Shown one piece after another: positions 25,452 to 38,914 of a stretch of DNA of 58,829 nt (within the stretch, counting starts at the first letter, position 1; each line of letters starts with the position of its first letter). The translations under genes were made by a program, and so were the position numbers. Source of the DNA: Trichoplax sp. H2 (Eukaryota); NCBI GenBank assembly GCA_003344405.1, contig NOWV01000115.1:186001-244829 (forward strand), in the 5' to 3' direction. The notes under the pieces are model-generated. The model was not told where the DNA came from. It saw nothing but the letters and a program-made list of their open reading frames with translations, and searched no databases.

Positions 25452-28400
25452 ATGGCGTGCCCTCATCAGGTATCAATAGATGTTATTCGATCGAAATCTC
25501 TGCAAGAAATAATAACAGAAAAAACGAATGCAGCTAATATAGAGGTCAGCTTATCACAAAACTTTACATATAGATTTGAATTGGGTCAGTATTTGAGCAT
25601 TAAATTCTCAAATATATGCAGGTTTTTTGATTAATTTCAAGCCTACTTTGCACTTTTATGGTTTTAAGATAATGGCTCCATTTTGAAGTTTTTTCTTATT
25701 AATGAATTGCATTTTAATTAAAGAATGAGGACGATCCATTCTATTTAGTGGATATCAGCGATGTTATAAACAAGTATAAAACTGTAAGTAATGATACTCA
25801 AATGCGCTCTTAATATCTATATTTGAGATTTACATTGCAATATCCTACTTTATATCTTTTAAATGTTATAACTGCCTAATTTAACACTTGATAATAAGTA
25901 TCATTCTGTTTAAAGTACTTATTAATATATTGGTTCCAAACCGTATCATGCTATACCACATTAAGTGCAAAAGTATTTTACTAGCGAATATTTTTAGATT
26001 CTAATGAAATACAGAGCATAAAAAATATATTAGACTCTACCGATCATCAAAATCTCTTTGTAACTCCTGTATTTAAACTTGAAAGAGAATAAGCAATAAG
26101 CTCATATTGTTTAGCCAATTTGTATCAACTTAAGAAATTGCCCAAACTAAGATATTATCTATTAAATTGGCCTTATTTAGTCTTAGCATTAAGCGTTTCC
26201 TTTATATCATTTCTCGTAGCTAAATAGCGGTATCTGCACACTATTTCTTCAATGAATCACGCCAATTATTGTATTTTTCTCATTATGATGAAATAAATTT
26301 TCTGATCATACTTCATTTTCTTACTGTCTCCATTGAAAAAAAGTGGATTTCCATGATACCACGTGTTAAGCCATTTTACGGTACATTTCCACTATCAAAT
26401 ATATTGCAACTTTAAAATTTGCTGCAGCTATTTTTCAAAGTTTTCTTTATTACTCACATTTTCCTTACAGCAATGAAATCAAATCCAGATTTTCAGATAG
26501 CAGCTACATTATGTGGTTTAGGTACTGGTTTGGATGTTGCAAGTGCTGTAAGTTGTACTTATAATCTTCTATATTCAAAATATAGTTTCAGTTTAAATCA
26601 TTGAAAATATTGAAAATAGGGAGAAATTGAAACCGCTGTAGCAGTAGGTCTCAAAGATGAGGATGTTATATACTCTAATACTTGCAAAGGAATTTCTCAT
26701 TTAAAGTAAGTAAAAGATTAATTGCTTTCATTTTGGTAAAGAAATGTGCTAGCTAAATGTACGTTGTTATCGACGTGATGGTATTTGGTCAGAATTCTTT
26801 TCATTATTCTATTCTAGACTTGAAATTTGGAGTAGTACGACATTTAGTACAGTTTAATTTTTAAATTTGTAACAAAGATAAGTCTATTGATTTGTTTAAA
26901 TTGAAATTATTAGGGTAGCTGCTAAAGAGAATTTAACGCAGATGACATTTGACAGTGAAGTCGAACTGCATAGAATTAAACGTTTATATCCTAGTGCCAG
27001 GTATATATTTTAAATATGATTGGATAAGTAAATGTGATGTTAATGTTTTTAACTCTTATAAAAATAACTTTGAGGATATTTAATAAACATATGTAGACTA
27101 GTATTACGCTTACTTGTGGATGATTCCCATTCTGAGCTTAAGGTAGAGCTTTCAATATATTGTTATATCGACTCTCCTTTCGCCTTATTTAACTTGTTGT
27201 TACTACTTCATGTGTTCCCTAGCTTGGAGTAAAAGCTGGAGCTTCTTTCAGTAGAGTGCCGCATCTATTGAAAGTTGCTAAAGAATTAGGTTTAAATGTG
27301 ATAGGAACAAGGTAAGTGATTATTCTAATACATGAATCGGCGATAAAGTTCTATGTAGTAGATTAACACAAACATTTGCGTCGGTTTTCATAATTCGGAA
27401 GATGCAGTAAGCGCATAACTATCATTATCTATTTCGTAATCCAATATTAACCTAAAATTTAATTCGAGTTAATACTTATTTACGGCTTTAACACTTCATA
27501 ATAGTTTCCACGTTGGTTCTGAATGCGGTAGCCCTGATGCTTATGCCAAGGCAATAGAAAATAGCAGAAGGGTTTTTGATATCGCGGTTTGTTTAAAAAT
27601 TATCCTGTAATGTTGCTCAATTGTTATAATTTTGGTTGAGTATGGAGGCTTATTTACATTTATGCAATAGAAAGGGCTCGGTATGAAATTTAATCTGTTA
27701 GATATCGGTGGTGGATATCCGGGGCAAATAAACGAATTGTTCACAAATGTAAGTCATCGTTATCTCCCAAGGTATATAACAACCTTTTGCTAACTATGAC
27801 AGCCAAACTGCTATACTTTTAGATATCTCGTATTATAAATAAAGCATTAGACATCCATTTTCCTTCAGATAGTGGAGTCCGAATAATTTCTGAACCAGGT
27901 AATTCTCTGTGGCTATCTTATGAACGTTTAAAGTCAATTTAATTTCTATTAAATGTCCAGTTCGTTCACTGCAAGACAAAAATACTATGAATATATTAAT
28001 ATATATTTACATTAAAATTGAACACAAGGCCAATACTTCTCTTGTTCTTCATCAATTCTGGTGGCAAATATTATCAGTAAGCGCATAAGATTTGAGGATG
28101 ACGACATCCAAATTGAAGGTACGAGAGCTAAAATTTAGTACTGCATATTAGCAATAAGATGAGAGTCAAATTGTTGCCCCTTTTGCATCAATTTATATAA
28201 TTTATTAGTTAATACATGAAAACTGATAGTATTTCAAATTTAAATTTTTTATTGCTAGGCTATCCAAGTGATAAGGAAAATATGGTGATGATTGTGTTTA
28301 AATTTTGTAACCTTTTCAATTGATTCTACTTTAATCATTGAATGCTGTTATTTTTATAGGAAATAACGTATCATATTAATGAAGGTGTAATAGGCGCATT

Positions 28401-29002
28401 CATTAGTAAATTGATTATAAATTTGCTGTATATTCCGAAAAAATTGATAAAAAGCAACGAAAAATGCTATCGCAGTAGTATGTGGGGCCCAACATGCACT
28501 CCAGTAGATCAAATTTTAAGCGATTATAATATACCTGAGGTATATCTTCATTTTTGAAGAAATGCAATATTAGAAACTTTAAATTTCCTAAGCCCGCAAT
28601 TAATATATACTTTTTTTCCATTTCGATGGACAGATGGAAGTTGGCGAATGGGTCTATTATGAAAGTGAGTGCATTTATTATTTCTTAAAATGTATAAGAT
28701 AATTCTATCGTAAACAGAAAATCGTATAACGAAGCTATTTTATTGCAAGATCTGGGGGCATATTCATCCGGTTTAGCCACAGATTTTAATGGATTCAAAT
28801 GCAAAAAAAAATATTATTTTATAAACGAAAAAGATTGGTATGATACATTTATTGCAATACCCTCTTGTATGTGAAACTGTTATTTTTGAAATTCACTCCT
28901 CAGCAGAAATGCAGTTGCTTAACCGATAATAATAACTCAATTTGCTCTAATTTCGATAGGGATCAATACAAGAAAGAATTATCTCCTTATTTCAAAAATT
29001 AA
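25452..29002 (+). CDS. Ornithine decarboxylase-like protein, copy 2, ~422 aa, 17 coding exons
   Basis: PFYAMKSN, DVASAGE, SFHVGS, DIGGGYPG, SEPGQYF, WGPTCTPVD, GAYS and FNGF. All 16 introns are at the same positions and phases as in copy 1, and I found no frameshift or premature stop. Confidence 0.9.
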
Positions 29003-29328
29003 CAAATTGCAGTATATGATCATCAGCTGAGCAGTACTAGTACAAAACCCATAGATTTAAGAGCACACGTATACATTATTGAATACCCTGTAAGATTTAT
29101 AATTTTAAGCCTTAAATATTTCTGCAGTCGAGCTTTAGTCGACCAATTTTAGAAATTAAGATTAAAAATTAACAAATTGCAGTATAAGATCATCAGCCGA
29201 GCAGTACTAATACAAAACCCATAGATTTAAAAGCACATGGATACATTATTGAATACTCTGTAAGATTTATAATTTTAAGCCTTAAATATTTCTACAGTCG
29301 AGCTTTAGTCGACCAATTTTAGAAAATT
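28994..29328. repeat. 170-bp tandem duplication of the copy-2 stop codon and 3' UTR
   Basis: AAAAATTAACAAATTGCAGTAT...GTCGAGCTTTAGTCGACCAATTTTAGAAA is repeated at offset 170 with few substitutions. Confidence 0.9.
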
Positions 29329-30164
29329 GATAATTTCGTGTATAAGTAATCTCTTTTCTTCATACATACAGTTTTTAAATGTGTAACACGATCAGAAAAT
29401 GTTTGTTGAATTCATGTTTAATATTTAAATTAACTGCTGATACTAAAACTATTACGTTATTCATCAAGGATAAAGTGAAGTTATGCTGAAGATCAGAGTT
29501 CATTTCTATTATGATCCTACTACTTTTTCGTTATTTCAAAGTATGATTAGTAATCATAACAGGACTTCAATGCACTTTAATTTGCTCCTAATAAAATTTG
29601 CATTATTCGCGTGAGTTTTAGAAAATTGCTCTGAATCACTGAAAGGTATTAGCCATTAAAATCCTAAGATAATGTTACATGTGCACATACATCATAAGGT
29701 TTGCCATTGCTAGATAAAGTAGAAATTACTAAATTAATGGCGAATAAATATGCAGCATTAATACTCTAATGCTATTACTAAGCTCTACATAGCTATAGGA
29801 TTGGCTAAATATTTCATTTGAAAGCAATTGGCATTAGTACTACTACATTGCATTCATCTATTTACTACCCAAAATTTGTTATTCTAAGGTTTGTTTAATT
29901 TATATTGGCCAACTGACTAAATTACACTAAATAAAATTACGCAGCGTGTGATTGCTAGGTCTGCCGGGATAAATAGAGTTTCTGGATACTGTGCTTAACC
30001 ACTAGTATTTATTTTGATGCTTCCTACTACAGTCTTGACCTATCAATATCTAAATTTATTTTTATATTCTGTTATCATAGATTTTTTGAAACAAAGTACA
30101 GTACTAAACCAAATAATATAGATTGAACACTCAATGGTGCTGTAGCAATAACTTTAAACAGTTT

Positions 30165-31575
30165 AACGTACTAGCTTAACGTCTGATCACTTTGCTGACA
30201 GAGATACCGTAGCCTATTCCATTCTTTTAATCCATAAAAACCAGAATAGGTTAACGCTCGAATTCGCTTTAACTTTACTCGTTTAACGTCCTGTTACTTC
30301 GCTGATAGAGATGCTACAGTTTTATCCATTATTTCAATCCATAAAGAGAGAGTATGCTTATATCGCACAGTAATTAACTAGCTTAACGTATTGCCACTTG
30401 GCTGACAGAGATACTAAAGTCTTTTCCATGCATAAAAAGAGAGTAGGCTTAAAACTTAATACTACTCAGTAATCAGTTAGCTTAACGTTTTGCCACTTCC
30501 CTGGCAGAGATAGATACTATAGTCTTTTCCGTTATTTCAATCCATAAAGAGAGAGTATGCTTATGTTGCACAGTAATCAACTAGCTTAACGTCTTACCAC
30601 TTCGCTGATAGAGATACTACAATTTTTTCCACTATTTCAATCCATGAAACGAGAGTAGACTTAAACTTAGTACTGCTCAGTCATAAACTAGCTTTAACGT
30701 ACTAACTTAACGTCTTATTACTTCGCTGATAGAGATCCTACAGTCTTTTCCATCATTTCAATCCATAAAGAGAGTGCTGACTTATATTTAATAGTTAATA
30801 TTTAATATTGCTCTGTAATCAACTAGCTTAACGTTTTGCCACTTCGCTGACAGAGATACTAAAGTCTTTTCCATGCATAAAAAGAGAGTAGGCTTAAAAC
30901 TTATTACTACTCAGTAATCAGTTAGCTTAACGTTTTGCCACTTCCCTGGCAGAGATAGATACTATAGTCTTTTCCGTTATTTCAATCCATAAAGAGAGAG
31001 TATGCTTATGTTGCACTGTAATCAACTAGCTTAACGTCTTGCCACATCGCTGACAGAGATATTAAAGTCCTTTCAATCACTAAAAAGAGAGTAAGCTTAA
31101 GCTTAACACTGTTCAGTAATCAGCTAGCTTAATGGCTTGCCACTTCACTAGCAGAAATAGATACTACAGACTTTTCCATTATTTTAATCCATCAAAAGAG
31201 TATAGGCTTACACTTAATATTGCAAAGTACTCTACTAGCTTAACGTCTGCACTCGTCGCTGTCAGAAATACTACCGTTTTTTCCATCATTTCTGTGCATA
31301 AAACGGAAGTAACTTACGCTTAATATTGCACAGTAATCAACTAGCTTAACGTCTTGCCATTTCGCTGTCAGAAATACTACCGTCTTTTCCATTATTTCCA
31401 AGCATAAAACGAGAGTAGGCTTAAGCATAAGACTGCTTAGTAATCAACTAATTGAACGTCTTGCCATTTCGCTGGCAGAAATACTACCGTTTTTTCTATC
31501 CTTTGCATGCATAAAACGAGAGAAGGCTTAAGTTGAACACTGCTTAGTAATCAACTGGCTTAACGTCTTGCTACA
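30165..31575. repeat. Minisatellite, ~14 units of ~100-110 bp with higher-order structure
   Basis: Recurrent AACTAGCTTAACGTCTTGCCACTTCGCTGACAGAGATACTAC..TCTTTTCCATTATTTCAATCCATAAA.AGAGAGTAGGCTTA. The block at ~30380-30600 is nearly identical to ~30825-31045 (offset ~445). Confidence 0.92.
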
Positions 31576-31629
31576 AATCAATAAAGAGAGAGTAAGTTGA
31601 GGCAATTGGTTTTACAATAATTCTCAACT

Positions 31630-32038
31630 ACTTGTTCTATTTCCTGTCTCCCTTGCTCATCCAGAGTTTAATTGCAGGAAATTTTCACCAAGGTCGTTAG
31701 TTCAATTCGCTCTTCTAGACATGAATATTCAACACCTCGTAAACTAGTGTATCATGTACTCCATTGAGCCAAATAATCTGTATGGCATTCGAGCAAAGTA
31801 CAACGCAGTAAAGAACAAAGTTCAAGGTGCTCGTTGAGCATCAATTGCACTAGACTCTACGATATAGGCAAGCAATTGGCCATTTTTTTCCAGTCAAGCA
31901 TTGGGAGTTTGCCTTATCCTGCTCATCATAGCCACTACAAGTACGATACTTGATGCAGCCATTTGTCATGCAAATTATCTTATTCTTCATTTCCAATGCA
32001 ATTTGTGTTAGCTGATGTAATTGTTGATGAACGTATAC
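31630..32038 (-). pseudogene. Possible decayed coding fragment, death-domain-like
   Basis: One minus-strand frame reads GKLPMLDWKKMANCLPIS*SLVQLMLNEH...LLECHTDYLAQWST* with several stops. It resembles the death-domain DW..LA..L...W pattern by eye only. Confidence 0.25.
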
Positions 32039-32326
32039 TTATTAAGTATGATTAATTAATTCTTCATACTATGGTGTTGTTGTTAGCTTAAGGAATAGAC
32101 TTTCCGATCGATCCTTCTGAATACATTTCAAGTTGGACTGGTAGCAGTCTTCATTTTCCTTCCGTTTTGATTTGTATTTTTTGGTGCAGAAATTGTAAGT
32201 ATCTACTTGTTTCTTTCCTTGTACAAAGATATGATCTTGCTTGTAAGCAATCTTGAAAGGGATTTTACTAAGTGTACTATAACAACATCGATCTTGTAGC
32301 GTAGAAAAACCTACAGACTCAGCAAG

Positions 32327-35300
32327 ATGGCGTCTCATCGTGCTGCACCAATAGACATTATACAATCACAATCATTGCAAGAATTAATTCTGGAAAGAAC
32401 AAACGCAGCGAAATTAAAAGTAAGTCAACTTCTCCAGCATGCACATTTCAATTTATCCTGATTTGCCACTAGAAATTCTATTCAAAGGATCATTTGCAAG
32501 TCGGTTTATAGAATGTTCAACATTTCCACTTGGGTGATTTTACTTGAAAATGTTTCTGTTTTAATTTATATTATGGCGTTAATCAACACGTTGCAAAGAA
32601 TGATGATGAACCATTTTATTTAGTGGATATTGGCGACGTTATATACAAGTACGTAACTGTAAGTAAGCGGAATGGGATGTTTTTTTTACTGTCCTTACTT
32701 AAGATTGACGTTATACCACGGTACTATGTCTTTCTTCACATCTTTAAAATGTTTAACTGGCTAAATCGAAGCAGCTGCAATGTAAAAAGATGACCATAAC
32801 TGAAATTGCATTTCACTTACATTTCTTGTTCAACTCCGAAAAGTACTCTACCTTAGAACACTAAAGAGGTTTAGTTACTTTTTACCAGACAAAATACAAA
32901 TGGCCAAAATAATTTTAGAACAAACTCACAGTTACAGCTATTCTAGCCTCTGTACACCACGATTAGATTTGAGCAATCTTAAATAGCAAGTTCATGTTGT
33001 TACACTGTCTAGGCTTTTTATTTTAACTTATTGGTGCTCTATCTTTCATATCTATTATCGTACTTAGATTGAATGTTAAGTTGCTAACTTTACCTATAAC
33101 TACAATGTTGTTATTGATCACTAGTATAATTCTTTTTCTTATTTTCTGATCATGACGCTATTCTTTTCCACATCTCACGACTGAAATTAGTGGACGTCCA
33201 TGATGCCTGGTATCAGGCCTTATTTTGGTATGTTTCTTCTACTAGACTTATGACAGCTGTAGTACTTACCTTTCAGGTACGACTAGCAACTGAAGGTTTA
33301 TTCGATAATTAATTTTTCCCTTCAAGCTTTGAAATGCCACCCGGATTTCCAGATTATAGCCACTTTATGTAGTTTAGGTGCTGGTTTGGACGTAGCAAGT
33401 GCTGTAAGTTCTGATGTACAATAGTGATGAACAGGCAGAACTTGAGTTATAAAAATATCATTTTGATATTAGGGAGAAATAGAAATAGCTAGAGCATTAG
33501 GTCTCCAAGATGAAGATGTAGTCTACTCCAATACTTGCAAGGGAATTTCTCATATAAGGTATGCTTGCCTAAAATTAGAGCCGTGATTACGTATCGTCTA
33601 TTGCTAATCGCTGTGAATAGAATAAACTTTTATTTCTGAAAGTATCAATGCATAAGAACACTTCATGATCTGATATAAATAACATCCATCTTTATACGGG
33701 ATGATTCAATGGAATTCAAAATTGCTGACGAATTTATTACCTCGTGTTAATTTTAATCTATTAGGGCAGCAGCTAAAGAAGGTCTGACGCAGATGTCCTT
33801 TGATAGCGAGGTAGAACTACAAAGAATTAAGCTTACATTTCCAAATGCGAAGTAAGTAATTGAATGTGAATCCTACGAGTGGATTAGATGCCACTCTTTT
33901 CCGATGAATTAATAAATGATTTGGCTTTTACATTATGCAGACTGCTAATACGTTTGCTTGCGGATGACTCACATTCCATCCTTAAGGTATAGTAGAGCAA
34001 TAAGAGAGTTTAATGAGCTCTATTTTTACCCTATTTTTATGCATTTAATACGGTGCTATTAAAATAATAGACAGGTGCAAAAGCTGGAACTCCGTTCAGT
34101 AGAGTATCGCACCTGTTTAAGGTTGCTAAAGAATTAGGTTTAAATGTAGTCGGTACAAGGTAATCGAATGATTCACATAGCAATCACCTTAACATGTTCA
34201 ACTTATAATCAGTAAATTCGACTTTGATATATTGCTAGCAGTAAACACGGTATGCATGTATTTTCTCCTCTTTATTAGAATTTATGCTAGAAAGAGATGG
34301 TACTGCCATTAATAAGGACTTAATAGGCTTTCTTTTTGTTCTCTATTCAATATTATTTCAAATACATCACCCATTGTTAATACTGTGGACAATTTGAACT
34401 ATTCCAATAAGTTTTCACATCGGTTCCGGTTGTCATGACCCTAGTGCTTTTACGAAGGCCATAGAAAAGTCTAAAAAGGCCTTTGATATCGCGGTTAGTC
34501 CACTAGTTGTAGTGAAGTAGAACCCTTTAGCCTAACTTAACTACTTAAAATTTAATTTGATTGTTACAACAGAAAGAGCAAGGCTTGGAACTCAAGGTGC
34601 TAGATATTGGAGGTGGATTTCCTGGACATGCAAACACATTATTCGAAAATGTCAGTCCTGATGAATTATTTCAGTAAATTCAATGCTGCTTTTAAACGTA
34701 GAGCTTTTGATTTTCAGATGTGCCATGCTGTCAATCAAGCTATAGACATTCATTTTCCAGCAGATAGTGGAGTGAAAATAATTGCTGAGCCAGGTAATAG
34801 TCTAGATGTTGATACTGATCTCATGAAATCTGCCACATGAAATGATATCTTACAAAGCGTCAGAGATTCTAAGATGAAATATCATTAAATGACCTAGTTT
34901 GCTCATAATTTGAACATAGGCAGGTTCTTTGCCCATACTTCTTCAACTTTGGTTGCCAATATTATCGGTAAACGACTTAGATATAGTGATGACGACGTTC
35001 AGATTGAAGGTACGGTATTAAGTGCAATGAAACAGCTTCTAAAATTCGATAAAATAACAAGAATAAGATGGGCACGCGTTACTAAATAGCCAAATAACTA
35101 CACAGAGATACAAAACTGATATATACTCCAATTTTTAATATTCATTTTAGGGCACCCTAATGATACGGAAAATATGGTGATATTTTTTTTAGTTTTAATT
35201 ACCACCATGCATTAAGTTAATTTTAACACTTCTTATTCATATGATATCTTTTCAGGAAATGCTATATCACATCAATGATGGCTTAATCGGCTCTTTTCTT

Positions 35301-35874
35301 GGAACAATATTAGCACGTCAAAAATATCTTCCACAGCAATTGATACCTACTAAAGGAAAATCTTACCGCAGTAGTTTATGGGGACCATCATGTGGAGCAA
35401 TGGATTGCCTTTTAAGTGACTGTAATCTCCCAGAGGTATGATATATATTAATTTGTGGTTATAATGATAGCCTTTAAAGTTTACGGGCATCTTACTTGAA
35501 GTCACATATTTAATCGAGCAGATGGAAGCCGGCGAATGGGTCTACTATGAAGGTACCGTATAAATAACTTTCATCTTAAAATACCATTGCGATAATAATT
35601 AAAGAGTAAGAGAATTATTTTATTAATAGATATGGGAGCGTATACATCGTGCTTAACCACTAATTTCAATGGATTCAAGAACACAACTAGATACTATTAC
35701 ATAAATGAAAAATATTGGTACGACTTGCCATTTTCATCAATGTTGTAGCTTATCTTATTTACAAATTAACTTATCAGTTTATGATTAATGAATATCTAAC
35801 AGATATTTTTTTATTCCAATTGCGATAGGAATCAATACAGGAAAGAATTATCTCCGTATTTTAGTATTGAATAA
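32327..35874 (+). CDS. Ornithine decarboxylase-like protein, copy 3, ~420 aa, 17 coding exons
   Basis: PYFALKCH, DVASAGE, SFHIGS, DIGGGFPG, AEPGRFF, INDGLIGSF, WGPSCGAMD, GAYT and FNGF. Same exon structure as copies 1 and 2; stop TAA at 35872-35874. Confidence 0.9.
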
Positions 35875-37383
35875 TGAGATAAATAATCAACTGCTGGTTT
35901 GTTGTAGTGTGGGGTTTGATGTTTAAAATAACGATACTTCTTTTATATGATGTTAGTTTATATGGCGGGATAATAATAATTCAGATTTGCTTTTCCATTC
36001 TATAAAATGTTCTTTCAAAATTCGGTCATAGGATCTTAAACTTATTATTTAATCATATCAAAATAAAAAATTCTACTGTTGGTCATAAGATCATGATGTG
36101 AGCAAGTATGATTGCTGCACTTTGCTTCACTCTATCTGCAAATTAGCTTTACGGCTACGGTGCTCTGACAGATTATGTTCAAATACGACTTCAGATTACC
36201 GTGAAACAAGACAATATTAATCCTAATTAAAGTCGCTCACAACTGCTATTCTGATTCAAGTGCCAACTAACTTGCTTACTTACCAATTAACTCCTTAATA
36301 ACTAGGTGAAAATTTTCTGATAATACCAATTTAAGCATTGATCAATATGGCGTTGAGCTACATAATTTTACGGCTGCATGATTCGTTCGTAGACTGGGTG
36401 ATATATAACAAGAACTGATGCATCCAATTATAATTATTTTACTTTGTTGACTAATATGAAACTGTTACAACGACTATTATATATACGTATTAACCATGCC
36501 GCAATTTTACACACTAATTGTTATACTTTACGGAGTAGAAAGGTTACAATGATTGCAAATTTCAGGAAAAAAGCTCGAAATTAGTATTATTGAATATCGT
36601 ACTAAATGTAACTTATTCAATTTGAGTCTCTATTTATTCTGCTCACCGTTTTGGAGCTTTATACGGTATACTCATATTATATTCGACAATAATAAACCTA
36701 CCAAGCAACGCTATGCAGACACAGATCCTTTAAGAATTTCTCTACCTCTTTCAGGCACAGCTTTGCAAGTTGCAACGGTGCTCTTACAGTTTTATGTGAC
36801 AACTTTATTGCCATTCGTCACGGACTACTTCCTGACAAGTACAATTCTAACGTAAAGCATTTACATTAAGTTGCTTCTACAGATTCTACCCTAATCTGTC
36901 GAAAGATCTAGTAAGAATAAAGTGCTGATACTATAACGCCTAAGAACTACACTTCTAAAAGGCTCGCAACCAATAGACACACTGTACTATAATCTACAAA
37001 ATAGCTTTATACTATAATACTGAAATACTCTCTGCAACAATACCATCTAAACTCTATAATTTAGGCAACGTAGTGCCGCAATACCGTTTTAAAGTGACTT
37101 TCTAAAGTCTAGACACATTTAATAAGACACCAGGAATTAAGATTAAGACATTACTAGCAAAGGCTAGCTCAGATTACTCGGTGAGCATTTTAATAAATTT
37201 TCATGCCTTTGCAAGGAAAATGCGGCCAAGGTTCTGACTATAATGAGTGCACTCGAAAAACTTGCATTATGCAAATGTTAAATGAAGAAAAATCTCCTAC
37301 TTATATATTTTTATTGAACATAATTGTTTTACGTGCGAAAGATGCACGTAAGAACTGAACCAATTTAATTAGATGGCAGTGTG

Positions 37384-37403
37384 NNNNNNNNNNNNNNNNN
37401 NNN
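37384..37403. other. Assembly gap (20 N) between overlapping, probably allelic contig ends
   Basis: 35968..37383 recurs at 37404..39057, differing by a few SNPs, an 81-bp indel and a 319-bp tandem duplication. Confidence 0.9.
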
Positions 37404-38275
37404 GGATAATAATAATTCAGATTTGCTTTTCCATTCTATAAAATGTTCTTTCAAAATTCGGTCATAGGATCTTAAACTTATTATTTAATCATATCAAAAT
37501 AAAAAATTCTACTGTTGGTCATAAGATCATGATGTGAGCAAGTATGATTGCTGCACTTTGCTTCACTCTATCTGCAAATTAGCTTTACGGCTACGGTGCT
37601 CTGACAGATTATGTTCAAATACGACTTCAGATTACCGTGAAACAAGACAATATTAATCCTAATTAAAGTCGCTCACAACTGCTATTCTGATTCAAGTGCC
37701 AACTAACTTGCTTACTTACCAATTAACTCCTTAATAACTAGGTGAAAATTTTCTGATAATACCAATTTAAGCATTGATCAATATGGCGTTGAGCTACATA
37801 ATTTTACGGCTGCATGATTCGTTCGTAGACTGGGTGATATGTAACAAGAACTGATGCATCCAATTATAATTATTTTACTTTGTTGACTAATATGAAACTG
37901 TTACAACGACTATTATATATACGTATTAACCATGCCGCAATTTTACACACTAATTGTTATACTTTACGGAGTAGAAAGGTTACAATGATTGCAAATTTCA
38001 GGAAAAAAGCTCGAAATTAGTATTATTGAATATCGTACTAAATGTAGCTTATTCAATAAGCAACGCTATGCAGACACAGATCCTTTAAGAATTTCTCTAC
38101 CTCTTTCAGGCACAGCTTTGCAAGTTGCAATGGTGCTCTTACAGTTTTATGTGACAACTTTATTGCCATTCGTCACGGACTACTTCCTGACAAGTACAAT
38201 TCTAACGTAAAGCATTTACATTAAGTTGCTTCTACAGATTCTACCCTAATCTGTCGAAAGATCTAGTAAGAATAA

Positions 38276-38914
38276 AGTGCTGATACTATAACGCCTAAGA
38301 ACTACACTTCTAAAAGGCTCGCAACCAATAGACACACTGTACTATAATCTACAAAATAGCTTTATACTATAATACTGAAATACTCTCTGCAACAATACCA
38401 TCTAAACTCTATAATTTAGGCAACGTAGTGCCGCAATACCGTTTTAAAGTGACTTTCTAAAGTCTAGACACATTTAATAAGACACCAGGAATTAAGATTA
38501 AGACATTACTAGCAAAGGCTAGCTCAGATTACTCGGTGAGCATTTTAATAAATTTTCATGCCTTTGCAAGGAAAATGCGGCCAAGGTTCTGACTAGTGCT
38601 GATACTATAACGCCTAAGAACTACACTTCTAAAAGGCTCGCAACCAATAGACACACTGTACTATAATCTACAAAATAGCTTTATACTATAATACTGAAAT
38701 ACTCTCTGCAACAATACCATCTAAACTCTATAATTTAGGCAACGTAGTGCCGCAATACCGTTTTAAAGTGACTTTCTAAAGTCTAGACACATTTAATAAG
38801 ACACCAGGAATTAAGATTAAGACATTACTAGCAAAGGCTAGCTCAGATTACTCGGTGAGCATTTTAATAAATTTTCATGCCTTTGCAAGGAAAATGCGGC
38901 CAAGGTTCTGACTA
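38276..38914. repeat. 319-bp direct tandem duplication
   Basis: AGTGCTGATACTATAACGCC...CCAAGGTTCTGACT occurs at 38276 and 38595; the other copy has it once (~36921). Confidence 0.9.

Noticed and set aside
30165-31575. CRISPR array interpretation of the regular repeat
   Set aside because: The sequences between the cores are homologous to each other rather than unique spacers, the period is ~100 bp, there are no cas genes and the context is eukaryotic.
36553-38210. Duplicated 100-aa and 73-aa ORFs
   Set aside because: They have TTG starts, lie in the allelic overlap and show no domain signal.
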